64,000 nt of DNA from an uncultured Nitrososphaerota archaeon. Its GTDB lineage: Archaea > Thermoproteota > Nitrososphaeria > Nitrososphaerales > Nitrosopumilaceae. The stretch lies in assembly GCA_963701075.1 (NCBI GenBank), contig OY969559.1:1536001-1600000 (forward strand), in the 5' to 3' direction. A program made the position numbers and the translations under genes. The notes beneath the pieces are model-generated. The model made no database searches. It was given only the letters and a program-made list of their open reading frames with translations, and was not told the DNA's origin. Shown piece after piece: positions 9,566 to 18,403 of this stretch; the first letter of the stretch is position 1; the number at the start of each line of letters is the position of its first letter.

Positions 9566-9656
9566 GACTTTTATGATTGTACACATATAAATAAAAAAAA
9601 TAAATATTTTTCAATAACCATAAAAACAAAGTTATTTTTATTTTCAAACACGATAT

Positions 9657-9674
9657 TGTACCATGATGTTTATA
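9657..9674 (+). promoter_or_regulatory. TGTACCA-N5-TTTATA promoter
   Basis: 43 nt upstream of ATG 9700. Confidence 0.75.
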
Positions 9675-9699
9675 GCCTGCCTTGTGACGTATTAATCAC

Positions 9700-10002
9700 A
9701 TGGCAAAAACTAGAAGCCTTGCAAGTCATGATAAGCTAAAACGTGAACACCTTCGATTGAGACAACAACATGAAAAATTAAACAGAGAACATCAAAAATT
9801 ACGCAAAGAGCATGAAAAATTTCATTTGGCTTTGTTAAAACATCACAAAGAACATGAAAAACTACGCAAGGAACATCAACAACTTTTGAAACTTCATGAA
9901 AAACACCATAAAATGCATGAACAGCATCATGAATCTCATGAGATTCACCACAGAAAACATGATGCCCATAAAAAAGGACATGCTAGATTTCATAGAAGAT
10001 AA
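9700..10002 (+). CDS. His-rich coiled-coil (histidine-zipper) metal-binding candidate
   Basis: 23 His in 100 aa, with strict heptad periodicity. Confidence 0.8.
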   Translation: MAKTRSLASHDKLKREHLRLRQQHEKLNREHQKLRKEHEKFHLALLKHHKEHEKLRKEHQQLLKLHEKHHKMHEQHHESHEIHHRKHDAHKKGHARFHRR

Positions 10003-10007
10003 GTAGT

Positions 10008-12098
10008 TTAGATTCGCATTGGTTTGTATCTATTCAATAGTAGAGAATTGCTGATAACAGTTACAGAACTTGTTGCCATTGCACCAGCTGCAAGAAATGG
10101 CAAGATCATGTACACATGAGGGCCAAATATTGGAACAAGGGCACCAGCAGCAACTGGAATCAGAGCAGAGTTGTATACAAAGGATAAAAAGAGATTTTGT
10201 TTTATTTTTGATACTGTTTTTTTGCTCAATTCCATTGCCGTTACAACATCACGAAGATCATTTTTAACAAGTATGATGCCCCCTGTTTCTTTTGCAATAT
10301 CCGTTCCGCTTCCAAACGAAATTCCGATATCTGCCGCAGCAAGTGCGGGAGCATCATTTATTCCATCGCCCACCATGGCAACAATTTTTCCCTCTTCCTT
10401 TATTTTTCTAATGGTATTTTCCTTTTCTTGAGGCGATACTTCAGCAAGTACTCTATCTATACCAAGTTTGTTTGCAATTGTATTAGCTGTTCTTTTATTG
10501 TCACCAGTAAGCATTACTACCTGAATTCCATTTTTTTTGAGTCTTTGTATGGCTTCTTGCGCATAATCACTGATTGTATCCATCATTACAATTATTCCAG
10601 ATAATTTTTTATCTATGGAAACAATGACTGGCGTTTTCCCTTCTCCTTCAAACTCCTCCATCTTTTTATCAAGTGTTTCATCAATAGTAATTCCATTACC
10701 AATTATGAATTTTCTATTTCCAATCAATATCTGATGATCTCCGTATTGAGAGAATATGCCGCTGCCAGCAAATACTTTGAAAGAATCAGGTTCAGAGATA
10801 GGAATTCCTAATTTTTTTGCGTGTCTAACTATAGATTGTGCAAGCGGATGTTCGGAATTTTTTTCCGAGATTGCTGCTAGGCGCAAGATCTCGTTGTCAT
10901 CCATTCCATTTACTGAAAATACATCAGTAACTGAAGGAATTCCTTTTGTCAGAGTACCTGTCTTATCCAATACTACGACCTGAACCTTTCGTGCAATCTC
11001 AAGATTCTCTCCTCCCTTTATCAAAATTCCATTCTCTGCTGCTTTTCCAGCTCCGACCATCAAGGCAGCAGGTGTAGCAATTCCTAATGCGCATGGGCAA
11101 GAAATTATCACCACTGATACAAAAGCAAGAAGTGAGAATGTAATCCCAATTCCACCAAAAAAGAACCACCCTAGTGCAGAAATTAATCCAATTATGATGA
11201 TTGCTGGTACAAAATATGACGATATCTTGTCAGCAAGTTTTTGAATTGGGACCTTGCTTGATTTTGCTTCTTCTACAAGTTTTACTATCTGTGATAAAAC
11301 AGAGTCGTCTCCAATCTTGGTTGTTTTGAATTTAAAGGCTCCTTCTTTGTTGATTGTACCGCCAATCACTTCATCACCAGATTCTTTCTCAACTGGTATG
11401 CTCTCTCCTGTTATTGCAGACTGGTCTACAGAGGAGCTTCCATCAATTATGATTCCGTCAACTGGAATTTTTTCTCCAGGACGAACTAGAACGATATCAT
11501 TTAGCTGTACATTTTCAACTGGTTCATCTGTTTCTTTGCTATCTTTGATGACATGAGCTATGGTCGGTTTGAGATCTAGTAATTTTTTGACAGCTTTTGA
11601 TGCTCTTGTCTTTGTTCTGCTTTCTAGTAATCTTCCAATTAGCAAAAGCGTAATTATTATTGAAGAAGTTTCAAAGTACAGATCCCCCATTGGTAAAACA
11701 TTGTGCGCAAATGCTACAACAGTACTGTAACCCCATGCTGTTGAGGTTCCTATAGCAATCAAGACATCCATGTTAGTCATCTTGTGTTTGAACGCATCAA
11801 ATGTTCCCTGATAGAATCTCCACCCCAACCAGAACTGAACGGGCGTAGCTAAAGCAAAAAGTACGTATCCGTTAATCTGACGAGGTAATACGGAAATATA
11901 TGTTAACAAAACTATAGGAATTGTGAGTGCGATACCTAGAACGACATATCGCTTTAGTTTTTTAAGCTCTTTTTCTGGTGCAGCAAATTCATCAAGACAA
12001 CTCTTGCAACAAAAATAGTGTTTGGTTCCTTCTGTTTCATAGTTAAGGGATTGATCTTTTTCCTCAACAAACATTCCACAAATAGGATCTCTCGCCAT
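10008..12098 (-). CDS. copA: Cu(I)-translocating P1B-1 ATPase with N-terminal YHS/TRASH domain
   Basis: DPICGM...FCCKSC; TGES; CPC; DKTGT; SEHP; GDGINDAP; YN and MxxSS TM motifs. Confidence 0.95.
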   Translation of the reverse strand: MARDPICGMFVEEKDQSLNYETEGTKHYFCCKSCLDEFAAPEKELKKLKRYVVLGIALTIPIVLLTYISVLPRQINGYVLFALATPVQFWLGWRFYQGTFDAFKHKMTNMDVLIAIGTSTAWGYSTVVAFAHNVLPMGDLYFETSSIIITLLLIGRLLESRTKTRASKAVKKLLDLKPTIAHVIKDSKETDEPVENVQLNDIVLVRPGEKIPVDGIIIDGSSSVDQSAITGESIPVEKESGDEVIGGTINKEGAFKFKTTKIGDDSVLSQIVKLVEEAKSSKVPIQKLADKISSYFVPAIIIIGLISALGWFFFGGIGITFSLLAFVSVVIISCPCALGIATPAALMVGAGKAAENGILIKGGENLEIARKVQVVVLDKTGTLTKGIPSVTDVFSVNGMDDNEILRLAAISEKNSEHPLAQSIVRHAKKLGIPISEPDSFKVFAGSGIFSQYGDHQILIGNRKFIIGNGITIDETLDKKMEEFEGEGKTPVIVSIDKKLSGIIVMMDTISDYAQEAIQRLKKNGIQVVMLTGDNKRTANTIANKLGIDRVLAEVSPQEKENTIRKIKEEGKIVAMVGDGINDAPALAAADIGISFGSGTDIAKETGGIILVKNDLRDVVTAMELSKKTVSKIKQNLFLSFVYNSALIPVAAGALVPIFGPHVYMILPFLAAGAMATSSVTVISNSLLLNRYKPMRI

Positions 12099-12133
12099 TT
12101 TTGATCAACTATAAAGAAAAAATGAAGAGAGAT

Positions 12134-12262
12134 CTAACCGTGTTTTCCATGCTTGGGATCCCTACAATCCACACATGTACAATTACTTCCACAATCACAT
12201 TTGCCAGTTGTTTCACATTTGCAATGTGATTTATGTTGTGCGCCACAGCCACAGTTTGCCAT
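12134..12262 (-). CDS. metallothionein-like protein 2 (42 aa, not in ORF track)
   Basis: MANCGCGAQHKSHCKCETTGKCDCGSNCTCVDCRDPKHGKHG; 9 Cys, 4 His; 35 nt upstream of copA. Confidence 0.85.
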   Translation of the reverse strand: MANCGCGAQHKSHCKCETTGKCDCGSNCTCVDCRDPKHGKHG

Positions 12263-12302
12263 GATTATCTTAGAAATCACTGGTTAATTAGGCTGTTCCT
12301 AG

Positions 12303-12320
12303 ATTTTCAAGTTTGATAAT
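12303..12320. promoter_or_regulatory. operator ATTTTCA-N4-TGATAAT
   Basis: 41 nt upstream of the MT2 ATG, matching the 9548 site. Confidence 0.6.
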
Positions 12321-12332
12321 TAATTCTGGAGT

Positions 12333-12351
12333 TGTACCAATGACGTTAAGA
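12333..12351 (+). promoter_or_regulatory. TGTACCA box plus TTAAGA TATA-like element
   Basis: 41 nt upstream of ATG 12374. Confidence 0.7.
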
Positions 12352-12373
12352 TTACCCATGTAGAATCAATGAT

Positions 12374-12799
12374 ATGCAAAATGTGAGTTCCAGTATAGGA
12401 AAGAAGCCATTAGTCTATGCATACTTTATCCTATTCTCAATCATTTTTTTAGGAATAGTGTTTGTATTAATTTCACAATTGAACATGGCAACTGTTGACC
12501 AATCCTATTCCGAATCATCAGGTAAAATGATATCAAACGAAACAATGCCTGAGATGTCTGCCAATATGTCAGGTATGCATGGCATGTCTGGGATGTCTGC
12601 CAATATGTCAGGTATGCATGGCATGTCTGGGATGTCTGCCAATATGTCAGGTATGCATGGCATGTCTGGGATGTTAGGAATATCTTCAAATGAAAAAATG
12701 TCGATTTTTTTAGAATGGATGTTTATAATCACAGCAGGTTTGATAGGCATACCTTTTGCATGGGTTATCATAAGTGAAAGAAGAAAAAATTCCCGTTGA
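12374..12799 (+). CDS. 2-TM membrane protein with Met/His-rich loop
   Basis: Two hydrophobic helices flanking (MSANMSGMHGMSG)x3. Confidence 0.85.
   Translation: MQNVSSSIGKKPLVYAYFILFSIIFLGIVFVLISQLNMATVDQSYSESSGKMISNETMPEMSANMSGMHGMSGMSANMSGMHGMSGMSANMSGMHGMSGMLGISSNEKMSIFLEWMFIITAGLIGIPFAWVIISERRKNSR
12553..12674 (+). repeat. 39-nt tandem repeat x3 (coding)
   Basis: GATGTCTGCCAATATGTCAGGTATGCATGGCATGTCTGG repeated exactly. Confidence 0.95.
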
Positions 12800-12914
12800 C
12801 GGAATCATAATTGATGGAAGCTCCTCTGTAGACCAGTCTGCAATAACAGGAGAAAGCATCAGGGTCTAAAATCTGATTCATGACATAGATGGGCCTACCA
12901 GAACCGAACTTACA

Positions 12915-13172
12915 TCATGCTTTGACAGATTGTTTTGGATTGCTTTCAAATGGCCTTTCGCAATGGGGACATTGGGTGCTAGAATTAGTTCCACACATAC
13001 ATCTAGCAGACTGGAATGAATAAAAGACCGTTGCTACCGCCGTAAGTACCCCGGATAGAACTAAGAGTGCGAAAGCCCAATAGACTCCCATAATCAACAT
13101 TGATATGACCATGGTAAGCATTGCAACAGACATAACCAGCATCATTAGATTATCAGCAATGCCGTGAGCCAT
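12915..13172 (-). CDS. small Met-rich 2-TM protein with Cys tail
   Basis: Met-rich helices then CMC...CPHC. Confidence 0.7.
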   Translation of the reverse strand: MAHGIADNLMMLVMSVAMLTMVISMLIMGVYWAFALLVLSGVLTAVATVFYSFQSARCMCGTNSSTQCPHCERPFESNPKQSVKA

Positions 13173-13323
13173 CTAACCCATACTTCGCATAACTCATATA
13201 AAAATATCATAGAAGGATATCATATTTGAAATTGAAATGAAATCAAACCATGAGATTTGCTGTAAAATTATCATTTTAAGCATGAAAATTTAGTCTTAAC
13301 AGATTCAGGTTTGATACATTTGA

Positions 13324-13650
13324 TTGGTTTTACCATTTGAGTTCAAAACTAGGTGTTTAAGCAGAATATCTGGAATGAGTGACATGTCTTCCACGACTCA
13401 AGAAAATCCTGCGATTCCTTTGGAATCAATTCCGATAATCATAGCTATTTTAATAGGATCGCCTTTTGCTTGGTATTCTATTCATGAAAGAAGGAAAAAG
13501 GAGGTGAATGTAGTGAAAGATCTAGTGTGCGGCATGGAAGTAAGTGAAGGAAAATATTCAACAACGTACAATGGTAAGAATTACCTCTTTTGCTGTGCCC
13601 ATTGCAAAACGACATTTGAAGGCAATCCAAAACAGTTTGTCAAAGAATAG
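13324..13650 (+). CDS. YHS/TRASH metal-chaperone domain, in frame with an N-terminal TM segment
   Basis: KDLVCGM...YLFCCAHCK; internal SD GGAGGTGA before GTG 13513; true start uncertain. Confidence 0.8.
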   Translation: MVLPFEFKTRCLSRISGMSDMSSTTQENPAIPLESIPIIIAILIGSPFAWYSIHERRKKEVNVVKDLVCGMEVSEGKYSTTYNGKNYLFCCAHCKTTFEGNPKQFVKE

Positions 13651-13981
13651 AGTAGACTCAGAATCCTGAGTCCACTTTAGAAACAGAGGCTCTACTAGGC
13701 ATGCTGCTAAATCATAGTACTTCTTCTAAAACCAACACCTATGATCTGAAAACATGGCAGACAGCAAATAGTGCTGAATTGATAAATAGACAGAAACTGT
13801 AGAACGGTGACCAAGAAACAGAGTTAGGGTACTGTCATCAATATAACTCGCCTACAGTTTCTAAATGAAAATGTATCTGATGATTAAATACATTTTTGGT
13901 ACAATTCCCAAAGAGAGTATAATAATTTAGATTAGAAATTAGTTTTCAATAGTGAGAATCACTTCGATGTTTTTTATGCAG

Positions 13982-14068
13982 AATTTTTCCAACCCGTATC
14001 CTTGTTGCACGAGACGATGCTCCATGCAACAAAGAGCGGATCAGTGATGAAGTCAACGATACGTCGTT
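13982..14068 (-). ncRNA. candidate structured sRNA, copy A
   Basis: Homologous to 15287-15375; conserved stems with G-U pairs on the minus strand; own box+TTTATC promoter at 14092-14125. Confidence 0.6.
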
Positions 14069-14254
14069 AAATCTTATTGCCATCTTTGTCAGATAAATGA
14101 ATTGGTACAGTTACAGAATAAACCATAAGTGCTTGAGTAGGATATTTTGTTCTTAAAAAAATATATTTTTTAGTTTCACATCATAGAGACCCTATAGCTC
14201 TTATCATGCTGAATGAAAAAATAAATTTATTTTAAAAAATTTGTATTTGGGGTT

Positions 14255-15073
14255 TTAGCCCATGCTGTTAAACCCTTCTGCGATGGAGAATGTTGATGTG
14301 TATCTTTGATCATTTCCATCAAGGTATAGATCATGGTTGCTGACATTAACTAATGCAAAGTCAGTTACTCCATCGGGATTTGCTCCTCCTGTACCATCTG
14401 CACCCACATTAAAGTGGTATACACATATGCCATCTTTTGTATCCGATAATTGCTGAAGATATTGTACAGGTGGCGCTTCCAGTGTTAGTACACCGCCATC
14501 AATTATGCCCTCATAGAGTCTCAAATCTGGAGTTCCATTTGGTTCACATGGAAGAACCATTGCCATATGCCCCATTGTCGTATACCATGGAGTGGTGTCA
14601 GCCACATCCAGAAATTGTCCTGGTTTGAGATGTACGCTACCAAAATGGAACCATTCTTCAGTTGGGATGTTTGGAGGAGCATCAGCAGTTTGATTATATC
14701 CCGGTGAGAACGCTTCGCAGCGACCATAATATGCTATTCCTTGATAGACATAGCACGGATTAGCTGCTGATGAAGCAGAGCTGTCTGCAACACACCAACC
14801 AGTGAATGTCCACGGATTACCTAAAAATGAGGTAGTATCAGTGAAGGTTGGTATTGGCGGCCCTCCCAGATATGTGGCAGGATATGTCGTCTGCTGACAA
14901 GTTCCTTCAGATGTTGTGAACGCCGGTACATACACCCAAGGAGTGGAGGTATACATTTTTGGGGTCACAAGTGCGTACGCAGAAGGTACTATGTGAGTCG
15001 GACCTAGTCCAAACCCAACAGTAGCAACAATTGTCAGTACTAGGATTGTAGTTAGAAGCGATTGTTTTTGCAC
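14255..15073 (-). CDS. secreted protein with His/Met/Cys motifs (putative Cu-binding)
   Basis: Signal peptide; DTTP..GHMAMVLPC...CVYH. Confidence 0.8.
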   Translation of the reverse strand: MQKQSLLTTILVLTIVATVGFGLGPTHIVPSAYALVTPKMYTSTPWVYVPAFTTSEGTCQQTTYPATYLGGPPIPTFTDTTSFLGNPWTFTGWCVADSSASSAANPCYVYQGIAYYGRCEAFSPGYNQTADAPPNIPTEEWFHFGSVHLKPGQFLDVADTTPWYTTMGHMAMVLPCEPNGTPDLRLYEGIIDGGVLTLEAPPVQYLQQLSDTKDGICVYHFNVGADGTGGANPDGVTDFALVNVSNHDLYLDGNDQRYTSTFSIAEGFNSMG

Positions 15074-15109
15074 TATTGAACTTGAACAAATTGATTTATT
15101 TTAAGAGTC

Positions 15110-15132
15110 TGGTTCATTCTACAAATGTACCA
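15110..15132. promoter_or_regulatory. operator TGGTTCA-N9-TGTACCA
   Basis: Minus strand TGAACCA-N5-TTAAAA, 43 nt upstream of the 15073 start. Confidence 0.7.
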
Positions 15133-15286
15133 GTAGTGTTTTGAGATAAATCAACATGTTTTGTTTCTAAAGATCGTAAGTTTCTAAATCAGAATTTCTC
15201 AGGATCAAATACAATTTCGATACAATTTACAAATAGTTGGAATCTATTTGTAATGCGAAATATTGTGGAGTGGCATTTGGATGTAA

Positions 15287-15375
15287 AATTTTTCCAACCC
15301 GATCCCCGTTGCACGGCATGACATGCCATACAACAAAGGATGGATCAGTGATGAAGTCAAAACGATACGCGTCTT
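15287..15375 (-). ncRNA. candidate structured sRNA, copy B
   Basis: See copy A; degenerate box+TTTATC promoter at 15400-15433. Confidence 0.6.
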
Positions 15376-15473
15376 GTTTATTGATTAAACATTTTACAAG
15401 ATAAAGCAATAGATACATTTGCAGAATAAACCACTGAAAAAATTATGAAAAAATAGATTCAGAATATACAGAG

Positions 15474-16892
15474 TCAGTTGCAGACAGGATTGTTTAGACA
15501 ATGAAGACTTGCGCCAGTAAGAGTTGCACCGCCCAAGTCTACGCTCCTTAAATCAGCACCGTCAAAATTAGCTCCTGTTAGGTCTGCATAAGCAAATCCA
15601 GTACCTTGCAAGCTTGCACCCCTGAAATCAGCACCTCTAAGGTCAGAATTCATGAGAAGTGCACCGTCTAGATCCGCGCCATTAAATGAGACACGTTCCA
15701 TAGTTGCCCACCTCATCTGACTCCCCTGCAAATTAGCACCAGTCATGTTTGCACCATTAAGAGTCACATAGTCAAAATCAGAAGTTCCCAAGTCGGTGCC
15801 AATCATTTGCGTGCCACTCATATTTGCGCTAGAAAGATCACTGTTTTCCATATTAGCATTGGTAAAGTTAGCAAAGTCAATGTTTGCTTCCACCAAGTCT
15901 GATTTGTAAAGGTTCGCACCAGCAAAATTTGCGCCAACAAGATTGGCTGACGATAGATTAACATGGCTTAGATTATTTCCAGATTTATCGCAGAACGCCC
16001 AATCCACACTAGGAAGGTTTTCTGTCTGACAATAACCCGCGTGACGTACCACATCTACATTTACTTGATATGGAGGCCTTGCGGGAGAACTGAAGTATTT
16101 TATATAATCAGCTGATGTCAAGTTGCCTGATGATAACACTCCTGCCAAATCTGCTAGCGCATTAGGCGTGGATAGCATATTAGATTGTGGTGTTCCTGCC
16201 ATACTATTCATCATACCTTGCGCGTAATAATCAAATGAAAATATTCCTGACATGCCAATCATGTTATTCTCAATCTTATCAAAGAAAGAAGGGATAATAA
16301 TGCACTGCGATGTCTGTCCTGGCAAGCTTTGCGTGTTAACACAATTTGGTTTTGAATATGACATGCTGCTACCAGAGGTCGACATGCCTGACATGCCGTT
16401 CATGCCTGACATGCCGTTCATGCCTGACATGCCGTTCATGCCTGACATGCCGTTCATGCCTGACATTCCTGACATGCCTTGCGTATTACAATTTGTCATT
16501 TCCGACATGGCTTGCGGATTATATGCCATGCTTTGAACGTCATTACAGTATATCGTTTGCCCCATCGCTGTTAGCAAACCATCAGATGTACTGCTTATTC
16601 CTGACATGCTACTCATACCTGACATATTGGCAGACATCCCAGACATACCTTGCATGTTATTTGAAGATGAGTTAGCAAAGTTTTGACCTGAAACAAGAGT
16701 CTGTATCGAATTAATAAAATCTTGGTCACTGATTTGCCCATTGGCCCACAGTAATGCCTTGTAATGAAACCATGCCGGTATGGTGGTTGGCATGACTTGG
16801 GCGCTAGCATGATTTTGTGACAATCCCATGCTGAGAATCAATACAGAGAAGAGTAGCGTTACTGCTGTTAATGTTATTCTTGTTGTTTGCAT
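15474..16892 (-). CDS. secreted Met-rich pentapeptide-repeat protein
   Basis: Signal peptide, IPAW...GQISDQDF motif, (GMS/GMN)n, A(D/N)LxG repeats. Confidence 0.9.
   Translation of the reverse strand: MQTTRITLTAVTLLFSVLILSMGLSQNHASAQVMPTTIPAWFHYKALLWANGQISDQDFINSIQTLVSGQNFANSSSNNMQGMSGMSANMSGMSSMSGISSTSDGLLTAMGQTIYCNDVQSMAYNPQAMSEMTNCNTQGMSGMSGMNGMSGMNGMSGMNGMSGMNGMSGMSTSGSSMSYSKPNCVNTQSLPGQTSQCIIIPSFFDKIENNMIGMSGIFSFDYYAQGMMNSMAGTPQSNMLSTPNALADLAGVLSSGNLTSADYIKYFSSPARPPYQVNVDVVRHAGYCQTENLPSVDWAFCDKSGNNLSHVNLSSANLVGANFAGANLYKSDLVEANIDFANFTNANMENSDLSSANMSGTQMIGTDLGTSDFDYVTLNGANMTGANLQGSQMRWATMERVSFNGADLDGALLMNSDLRGADFRGASLQGTGFAYADLTGANFDGADLRSVDLGGATLTGASLHCLNNPVCN
16387..16476 (-). repeat. 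18-nt (9-nt based) tandem repeat encoding GMNGMS
   Basis: CCTGACATGCCGTTCATG x4 plus degenerate 9-mers. Confidence 0.95.
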
Positions 16893-16936
16893 TTATCTTC
16901 TAAGAATCTAGAATTGCTGCGAGATAATAAATAACA

Positions 16937-16959
16937 TGGTACATTCGATAATTGTACCA
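16937..16959. promoter_or_regulatory. operator TGGTACA-N9-TGTACCA (perfect inverted repeat)
   Basis: Minus strand followed by N5-TTTATT, upstream of 16892. Confidence 0.8.
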
Positions 16960-17074
16960 ATATTCAGATTTTAAAACTAGAAATTAATTTTGCATTTTAA
17001 TAAATGAATTTAGAAATATGTTGTAATTATATTAAAGTGTAAATATTTTTTATCATTGTTCCTTAGCGTTTAAT

Positions 17075-17968
17075 TTATTTTCTTGGAATCACTCTAGACA
17101 TAACTATTATACCAACAAATGATATCATCACAAGTAGTATTGGCATAGGAAACTCCGGTACGGCAGTTATATTGAATGCAGATATCAGGTTAGGATGAAT
17201 TTGCATGTGCACCACCATCATGACATCATTACCAGATCCCTGGGCATCTATTTTTTGTTTGAGTTCAGGGAGCGCAGTTCCAACTTTGTCAAGGTATACG
17301 GATGTACTTGACGGTGCAATTGATTGCAAATTATTAAACATGGTTTGAGCCGCATCAGTCATAGCCTGTGCACTTTGATATGCCGCCATATTGACAATTG
17401 GCGTGCTAGATGCAGTACTAGATGATGACATTCCGGACATGCTGCCCATGTTCATATTATTCATGTTGGTAAGATCTACCTTGGACCCTATAGCATTACC
17501 ATAGTCCTTCAACACTTCATTTAAGACATAAACCGTTGCAAGTGCCTGTACCGTAGCGTTATTTTGTGAAGCGCTGCTGACTTCTTCTGATTCTGCTTGG
17601 TCCAAGAGTTGGCCTATCTCATCTGCAGTTTGGTTTGCTGCGGCAGGATTTGCGTTTGGTTGTCCTGCCATAGAATACAAGTCATCTATAGATGTAGATA
17701 ACTGAGTAGCAAGACTCGAGTTTGTTTGAGAAAGAATGCCCATCTCGTTGCTTCCCCAATATTCCTGACTTTGCGATATGTGCCACTGGGCCAAGGTACT
17801 ATTAGAAATATTATTTGCTATCAATTTTGATTCTACCTTGAACTCTTGAACTTTTGCTATCAAACTTGCATCTGAATTTTGAACAAAGTTATGGGCAAAC
17901 GCTGGATGAGCAACCAACATGCCACTGAACACAATAACCATTATTGATACCGCCAGCGCCCTTTTCAT
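17075..17968 (-). CDS. PEF-CTERM anchored helical protein, His1 and Met-rich
   Basis: AFA-HNF cleavage; MNNMNMGSMSGM; MMVVHMQIHPNL; VPEFP+TM+RK. Confidence 0.88.
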   Translation of the reverse strand: MKRALAVSIMVIVFSGMLVAHPAFAHNFVQNSDASLIAKVQEFKVESKLIANNISNSTLAQWHISQSQEYWGSNEMGILSQTNSSLATQLSTSIDDLYSMAGQPNANPAAANQTADEIGQLLDQAESEEVSSASQNNATVQALATVYVLNEVLKDYGNAIGSKVDLTNMNNMNMGSMSGMSSSSTASSTPIVNMAAYQSAQAMTDAAQTMFNNLQSIAPSSTSVYLDKVGTALPELKQKIDAQGSGNDVMMVVHMQIHPNLISAFNITAVPEFPMPILLVMISFVGIIVMSRVIPRK

Positions 17969-18003
17969 ACCAGTGGGTGCGCTGGCAACATTTTAAAATA
18001 TTT

Positions 18004-18010
18004 TGGTACA
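18004..18010 (-). promoter_or_regulatory. TGTACCA box (N5-TTTTAA)
   Basis: 42 nt upstream of 17968. Confidence 0.7.
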
Positions 18011-18024
18011 CACATCAAGTAAAA

Positions 18025-18333
18025 TTAATCTGGGTTTTTTCGCGTTATGGCTACAACTGCTATCACTACACCGGCTGCACCAATTCCTATACCAGCCATG
18101 CTTATGACGTATAATGTATCAGTTGTGTCCTTTACTTCTTGAAAAGACTGGGCAACTTTTGCATAACTTTGAGCTGCATTATCTGCAGTATTCTTTGCGT
18201 CGGTGATATCATTGGTTAGCTGATTGATGACATTTTGAGACACTTGTGCTGATACAGGATGTATAACATGTGGCGACATTGCAATAACCGTCACAGCAAG
18301 AATCGCCGCAAGTATCAATTGTCTGGATTTCAT
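18025..18333 (-). CDS. small secreted coiled-coil protein with C-terminal TM
   Basis: Signal peptide, coiled coil, hydrophobic tail + RK. Confidence 0.8.
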   Translation of the reverse strand: MKSRQLILAAILAVTVIAMSPHVIHPVSAQVSQNVINQLTNDITDAKNTADNAAQSYAKVAQSFQEVKDTTDTLYVISMAGIGIGAAGVVIAVVAITRKNPD

Positions 18334-18374
18334 TTCGTTATATCAACAAGTGTCGAATTTTCATAAATATGTTA

Positions 18375-18381
18375 TGGTACA
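18375..18381 (-). promoter_or_regulatory. TGTACCA box (N5-TATTTA)
   Basis: Upstream of 18333. Confidence 0.65.
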
Positions 18382-18403
18382 AATTCAAAGATTGTGAAAT
18401 GGT

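Noticed and set aside
12441-12771. Repetitive antisense ORFs (also 16252-16675, 18599-18973, 19066-19446)
   Set aside because: Shadows of Met-rich repeats or duplicated genes on the other strand
14038-14056. GTGATGA as a C/D-box C motif or hammerhead core on the + strand
   Set aside because: No matching downstream D box or GAAA core; wobble pairs and promoter indicate the minus strand
15227-15418. 63-aa ORF over ncRNA copy B
   Set aside because: It starts inside the promoter, and the homologous copy A has frame-breaking indels while keeping base-pairing
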